A stretch of 63,929 nt of DNA, counting the filler, from an uncultured Acidimicrobiia bacterium (GTDB taxonomy: Bacteria; Actinomycetota; Acidimicrobiia; Spongiisociales; JAOTWH01): NCBI GenBank assembly GCA_964347285.1. It is 9 parts of 9 records of this genome, joined end to end, with 100 filler letters (N's around TTAATTAATTAA, not from the genome) between each part and the next. Parts side by side here need not be neighbours in the genome. Positions count along the whole stretch, not along the records: positions 53,876 to 61,065 come from CAYFYE010000111.1; positions 61,166 to 63,929 come from CAYFYE010000163.1; 7 more parts are not named here. One strand, 5' to 3'. Below, in pieces: positions 58,886 to 63,929 of this stretch. Position numbers and translations under genes: made by a program. The notes beneath the pieces are model-generated. The model was given only the letters and a program-made list of their open reading frames with translations. It did not search any database and was not told where the DNA came from. The stretch's first letter is position 1; every line of letters starts with the position of its first letter.

Positions 58886-60988
58886 ATGTCCGAGGCGCTT
58901 CATCAGCTACGCCAATACCCCCTGAGCCGGACCCGCAACATCGGGATCATGGCTCACATCGACGCGGGCAAGACCACCACTACCGAGCGGATCCTCTTCT
59001 ACACGGGCCGCACCTACAAGATGGGCGAGGTGCACGAAGGCGCCGCGGTCATGGACTGGATGGCCCAGGAACAAGAGCGGGGCATCACCATCACCTCGGC
59101 GGCCACCACCTGCCTGTGGCGGGACCATTGGGTGAACATCATCGATACTCCGGGTCACGTCGATTTCACGGTCGAGGTAGAGCGGTCGCTGCGCGTGCTC
59201 GACGGAGCCGTTGCCATATTCGATGGGGTAGCCGGCGTCGAACCCCAGACCGAGACCGTATGGCGCCAAGCCGACCGGTACCGCGTGCCCCGTATCTGTT
59301 TCATCAACAAGATGGACCGGGTCGGGGCCTCCTTCACTGATGCGGTGCAGTCGATCGTCGATCGTCTCGAGGCCAATCCGGTCCCGATCCAACTTCCGAT
59401 TGGAGCCGAAGGCGGCTTCCAGGGGGTCATCGACCTGCTGGAGATGAAGGCTCACGCCTGGCCGACGGATGATGGCGCCGAGTGGCAGACCACCGAGATC
59501 CCCTCCGAGTTGGCCGATCTGGCTCACGCCTGGCGAGGCAAGATGCTCGAGGCATGCGCCGACGTCGATGAGAAGCTGCTGGAGAAGTACCTCGAAGATC
59601 TCGATATCACTCCGGACGAGATCCGCCAGGCCATCCGCAAAGGCACGCTCGAACACCTCTTCGTGCCGGTGCTGTGTGGTGCCGCCTTCAAGAACAAAGG
59701 GGTCCAGCCCCTGCTCGACGCGATCGTGCATTACCTGCCGAGTCCGGTCGACCTGCCCCCCATCCATGGGTTCGACCCCAAGGACCACGAGCGGGTGATC
59801 GAGCGCCGGCCCGATGACTCAGAGCCGTTCAGCGCTCTGGCGTTCAAGATCATGAGTGATCCCCACGTCGGCAAACTCACCTACTTTCGCGTCTACTCGG
59901 GGAGGGCGGCCAAGGGCCAGGCCATATTGAACTCCACCTCGGGGCGCAAGGAGCGGTTCGGCCGGCTGCTCCGTATGCATGCCAACCATCGAGAGGACGT
60001 GGACAACATCGGCACCGGCGACATCGTTGCCGCCGTCGGCCTCAAAGCCGTCGCCACCGGCGACACCCTGTGCAGCGAGACGGAACCGGTCCTCCTCGAG
60101 TCGATGAGCTTCCCGGCTCCGGTCATCTCGGTCGCCATCGAACCCAAGACCAACGTCGACCAGGAGAAGCTCGGCGGTGCACTGTCGAGGCTGTCCGAGG
60201 AAGATCCGACCTTCCTGGTCCGTTCCGATGATGAAACCGGCCAGACGATCATCAGCGGAATGGGTGAGCTGCATCTCGACATCCTCGTCGATCGGCTCAC
60301 CCGCGAGTTCAAAGTGGAGGCAAACGTAGGGCGGCCTCAGGTGGCTTACCGGGAAACGATCAAAGGGGCGGCCCGGGGCGTCGAGGGTCGCTACGTCCGA
60401 CAGACCGGGGGTCGCGGCCAGTACGGACATGTCGTCATCGACGTCGAGCCGACCGGACCGGGCGGCGGTTTCGAGTTCATCGATGCCACCAGGGGTGGAA
60501 CCGTTCCGAGGGAATTCGTACCGGCCGTGGACGCCGGGATCGAAGAAGCCCTCGACGCCGGCATCCTTGCCGGCTACCCGATGGTCGATCTGCGGGCCAC
60601 GTTGGTGGACGGCTCTTCGCATGCGGTCGACTCGAGCGAGATGGCTTTCAAGATCGCCGGCTCGATGGCTCTGCAGGAAGCGGTCAAGAGGGCCGGCGTG
60701 GTGCTGCTGGAGCCGATCATGGAGATCGAGGTGGTGACGCCCGAGGTCTACATGGGGGACGTCATCGGAGACCTGTCGGCCCGGCGGGGCAAGGTGGGGG
60801 AGATGGGTCAGCGGGGCAGCGCCAGAGTGGTGTCGGCCTTGGTCCCTCTGGCGGAGATGTTCGGGTACTCGACAGAGCTGCGCTCGATGTCCCAGGGCAG
60901 GGCCACCTACAGCATGCAATTCCATTCGTACCAGGAGGTCCCGGAAGCGGTCGGCGAGGAGATCGTGGCGCGCAGCCGGGGTGAGTAA
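58886..60988 (+). CDS. fusA: Elongation factor G
   Basis: [36 protein letters not shown]. Confidence 0.98.
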   Translation: MSEALHQLRQYPLSRTRNIGIMAHIDAGKTTTTERILFYTGRTYKMGEVHEGAAVMDWMAQEQERGITITSAATTCLWRDHWVNIIDTPGHVDFTVEVERSLRVLDGAVAIFDGVAGVEPQTETVWRQADRYRVPRICFINKMDRVGASFTDAVQSIVDRLEANPVPIQLPIGAEGGFQGVIDLLEMKAHAWPTDDGAEWQTTEIPSELADLAHAWRGKMLEACADVDEKLLEKYLEDLDITPDEIRQAIRKGTLEHLFVPVLCGAAFKNKGVQPLLDAIVHYLPSPVDLPPIHGFDPKDHERVIERRPDDSEPFSALAFKIMSDPHVGKLTYFRVYSGRAAKGQAILNSTSGRKERFGRLLRMHANHREDVDNIGTGDIVAAVGLKAVATGDTLCSETEPVLLESMSFPAPVISVAIEPKTNVDQEKLGGALSRLSEEDPTFLVRSDDETGQTIISGMGELHLDILVDRLTREFKVEANVGRPQVAYRETIKGAARGVEGRYVRQTGGRGQYGHVVIDVEPTGPGGGFEFIDATRGGTVPREFVPAVDAGIEEALDAGILAGYPMVDLRATLVDGSSHAVDSSEMAFKIAGSMALQEAVKRAGVVLLEPIMEIEVVTPEVYMGDVIGDLSARRGKVGEMGQRGSARVVSALVPLAEMFGYSTELRSMSQGRATYSMQFHSYQEVPEAVGEEIVARSRGE

Positions 60989-61013
60989 GAGCCGAGAAAG
61001 GATCGGGCACGAC

Positions 61014-61065
61014 ATGGCCAAGGCAAAGTTCGAGCGGACCAAGCCGCATCTCAACGTGGGCACGA
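61014..61065 (+). CDS. tuf: Elongation factor Tu N-terminus, truncated by contig end
   Basis: MAKAKFERTKPHLNVGT directly after fusA. Confidence 0.95.
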
Positions 61066-61165
61066 NNNNNNNNNNNNNNNNNNNNNNNNNNNNNNNNNNN
61101 NNNNNNNNNTTAATTAATTAANNNNNNNNNNNNNNNNNNNNNNNNNNNNNNNNNNNNNNNNNNNN

Positions 61166-62003
61166 CGGTCATGCCATACAGGTGACGGTGGGCGGCGTGG
61201 TGGATGGCCTCGTAGAAGGCGTGGGTGCAGATGCCGATCGAGGCCCACCCCAGGTTGAACTTGCCGATGTTGACGGTGTTGAGGGCGGCGTCCCAAGCGG
61301 CGTCGCCCCGCACGAGGATGTCGGCCCCAGCGACCGGGTAGTCGGCCAGCTCGAACTCGGCGACGTAGTTCTGACTGTGCACGACGTTCTGCTTGCACGT
61401 GAACCCGGGCCGGTCGCGCTCGACTGTGAAGAAGCAGTACTCGCCGGTGTCGGCGAGCTTGCCGAAGGTCGAGATGATGCCGGCGGCGTTGGCGTTGCCG
61501 ATGTAGTACTTGGTCCCGTTGGCGCGGTAGCCGCCACCGTCGTCGGGGGTGAGGGTCATCTCGCTGGAGTAGAGGTCGGCGCCGTGGGCCTTCTCGGAGA
61601 GGCCAAAGGCAAACACCGCACCGTCCTCGAGGAGCTGGGCGGCCTTGGCCTTGACAGCCTCGTTGTCGCTCATCCAGATGGGGCCGAGACCGAGAACGGT
61701 GACCTGCCATGTGTACCAGTACGGCAGGCCGTAGAACCCGAGGATCTCCCCGAACTCGCAGATCCGCCACGTGTCCCAACGGGCATCGTCGGCGCCGTAG
61801 CCGGCCGGGGTGCACATGGTCGCGAAGATGCGGCGGTCCCGGACGAAGTCGAGGAAGTCCTGGTACCAAACAGCGGCGTGGTCGTCCTCCTTCACCCTCC
61901 GCTTCCCTTTCGACTCGAAGAACTCGATGGTGTCGAGCATCACTTGGCGGGAGCGGTCGTCGGGGTACGGCCGGTCGTGGTTGCCGGGGTCGAGCAGGAT
62001 CAT
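61166..62003 (-). CDS. Acyl-CoA dehydrogenase, 3'-partial
   Basis: FGLSEKAHGAD, ANGTKYYIGN, NTVNIGKFNLG. Confidence 0.9.
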
Positions 62004-62282
62004 GGCAGCACTCACATTCGCTGATGACCGCGGCAGGTTAGGCAGAGAGAAACCGGGCGCCACTGCCTGACGAAACACGTGGTCGGCTGCCGTCGGTTCC
62101 GCAAGGAAACCGGCGGGCGAGCCAGAACACCAACGACACCCGGCTTCGGACCCCGCGGCCGGTCCGCAGGCTCAGGGCCGTGGATGACAATCGGGCCGCA
62201 CCCGTGGCCCGCCCGACCGATGAATGACGCTGCTTGCGCTGCCAGAAGACCCGGATAACGTCGGCGACCGGAGAGCGACACC

Positions 62283-62504
62283 ATGGAACTCGGAATCACG
62301 ACCTTTGCAGAGACGATTCCGGAGCGCGCCTCGGATGAGCCGGTCGGCCACGGGGAACGTCTCCGCCAGGTACTCGAGGAGATCGATCTGGCCGAGGCCG
62401 TCGGCCTCGATGTGTACGGTCTCGGTGAGCATCATCGTCCCGACTTCGCGTCGTCGTCACCTGCGATCCGGTTGGGTCAGGATGACTCGTCGGAGCGTTG
62501 TTAG
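62283..62504 (+). pseudogene. LLM-class flavin-dependent oxidoreductase, N-terminal remnant
   Basis: MELGITTFAE...EEIDLAEAVGLDVYGLGEHHRPDFASSSP; similarity lost near 62465. Confidence 0.85.
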
Positions 62505-62509
62505 ATCTC

Positions 62510-62600
62510 TGGGAGCGCTCCCGGGAATATACTGACGTACGCCGCTTCTAGGCAAGTTGACTGGAGATACTGGGGACGGTACGTTGTGGGAGCGCTCTCG
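62510..62600. promoter_or_regulatory. Two CebR/CelR-type LacI operator palindromes
   Basis: TGGGAGCGCTCCCG (62510-62523) and TGGGAGCGCTCTCG (62587-62600) versus consensus TGGGAGCGCTCCCA. Confidence 0.75.
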
Positions 62601-62629
62601 AAAGCCTTTTACGATGGGGAGATAGGGCA

Positions 62630-63664
62630 GTGAGTCTGACGCTCGAGGACATCGGTCGCCTTGCAGGAGTTTCCCGCTCGACCGTGTCGCGCGTGATCAA
62701 CGACCAGCCGAGCGTCAGGCCGGAGGTTCGGGCGCGCGTGCAGGAGGTCATCCGTCGGACTGGTTTTGCGCCCAACGTGGCGGCCCGATCGCTGGTGTCC
62801 GGACGAAGCGGGGTGATCGGTCTCGTGATCCCCAGCCGGGTCGGCCGCCTTTTCGAAGACCCCTACTTCGCGCGGCTGATCCAGGGCATCAGTGCAGCCA
62901 GTAATCAGTGCCGCCGCTCCCTCTCCCTCTTCCTGTTTCAGGACGAGGCGGAAGAGAGCGAGTTGTACCCGCGGGTGGTCACCTCCGGGTCGCTGGACGG
63001 ACTGCTCATCACTGCGACGCGGATGGCGGACCCGCTGTTAGCTCGAATGGCCGTCGGCGAGATCCCGGTCGTCATGGTGGGGCGTCCAGACGTCGAGGGT
63101 ATCAGCTATGTCGACGTCGACAATCGAGGCGGCGCACTGCAAGCTGCAATCCATCTGTGCAACCTGGGCTATCGGCGTATCGGCCTGCTGGGTGCGCCGA
63201 TCTCGACGACGGCCGGCTTGGATCGGCTGAACGGCTTCGTGGAGGGCCTTGCCGTCTGCGGGATGGCGCTCCACCCCAGCCTCCGGGTGGATGGTGACTT
63301 CTCGGAGAAAAGCGGCTACGAAGCCATGCGCGAACTGATCTCCGGGAGGCCCGATGCGGTGTTCGTGGCCTCCGACACCATGGCGATGGGCGCACTGCGG
63401 GCTTTGGGCGAAGAGGGCATTCAGGTCCCACAAGACATTGCCCTCGTGGGTTTCGACGGCCTGACGGCGTCGGAGACTTCGGTGCCGACGTTGACGACGA
63501 TCCGTCAGCCGGTGGCAGAGACAGGGGCGCGTGCCGTGCACATGTTGAACGACCTGGTGAGCGGAGTTGCGACCGCGCCCACCGAGGAAATCATGCCGGT
63601 CGAACTCGTCGTTCGCGAGTCCTGTGGGGCGATGCGTGCCCAGGCAGGGGCGGAGCTCGAGTGA
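62630..63664 (+). CDS. LacI-family transcriptional regulator
   Basis: TLEDIGRLAGVSRSTVSRVIN HTH, PNVAARSL, DNRGG, VGFDG, LTTIRQP. Confidence 0.96.
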   Translation: MSLTLEDIGRLAGVSRSTVSRVINDQPSVRPEVRARVQEVIRRTGFAPNVAARSLVSGRSGVIGLVIPSRVGRLFEDPYFARLIQGISAASNQCRRSLSLFLFQDEAEESELYPRVVTSGSLDGLLITATRMADPLLARMAVGEIPVVMVGRPDVEGISYVDVDNRGGALQAAIHLCNLGYRRIGLLGAPISTTAGLDRLNGFVEGLAVCGMALHPSLRVDGDFSEKSGYEAMRELISGRPDAVFVASDTMAMGALRALGEEGIQVPQDIALVGFDGLTASETSVPTLTTIRQPVAETGARAVHMLNDLVSGVATAPTEEIMPVELVVRESCGAMRAQAGAELE

Positions 63665-63877
63665 GTGGAGGGGAAGCGATGGCCGGTCGTGCGCCGGCTG
63701 CGTCGTGCGACGACCAGAAGGGAAGATCTCCGTGATCTCGAGGGGAAAGCCAACAGGCCGATCCGCGATCGTCTCTAGTAGCCGGGAGAACTGCTTCGTC
63801 GCCTCTTCGGGGACCGGAACCGGCATCCAGTCGGCCGGTCACAACAACGCCTTCCCGGAGACAACGAGCGTATCGCC

Positions 63878-63929
63878 GTGAGCTCCGACGAACGGGCGAT
63901 CTCCCAGCTCATCGCCGACATGACCCCCG
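63878..63929 (+). CDS. Possible start of a GH3 glycoside hydrolase (runs off the window)
   Basis: MSSDERAISQLIADMTP resembles the ..LLxxMTxEEK N-terminus of GH3 enzymes; only 17 codons visible. Confidence 0.35.
   Translation, partial: MSSDERAISQLIADMTP

Overview
High-GC bacterial draft-genome or MAG window, most likely Actinomycetota of class Acidimicrobiia (inferred from GuaB3, actinobacterial-type SerC, and Thr-rich lipoproteins). It is not one locus. Nine contigs are joined by 100-nt N/TTAATTAATTAA/N linkers (7936-8035, 15962-16061, 23897-23996, 31621-31720, 39055-39154, 46457-46556, 53776-53875, 61066-61165); the seven complete contigs are 7.9-7.2 kb in decreasing length order, and there is one true scaffold gap (49613-49712). 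Core genes include guaB3-guaA, pcrA, nuoA-G, serC/aspC/aroQ, rpsL-rpsG-fusA-tuf and tRNA-Val(TAC). The best candidates for undescribed biology are: (1) a catabolic operon coupling a stand-alone PEP-dikinase nucleotide-binding domain and an atypical HprK-like P-loop kinase to a xanthine-dehydrogenase-family Mo-hydroxylase, a cyclase/amidohydrolase and two dehydrogenases; (2) an orphan CheA hybrid kinase plus a REC-GAF partner with no receptor genes, between guaA and pcrA; (3) a tandem pair of paralogous unknown membrane proteins; (4) an ECF sigma-ZAS-TM-extracellular fusion; (5) an ArfA-like BON/OmpA module. Also found: an integrase/IS21 scar at tRNA-Val, an IS481-like end, CebR-type operators, a natural RpsL K88R, an apparent ATC start codon, and several frameshifted genes. 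All calls come from motif reading only; no searches were run.
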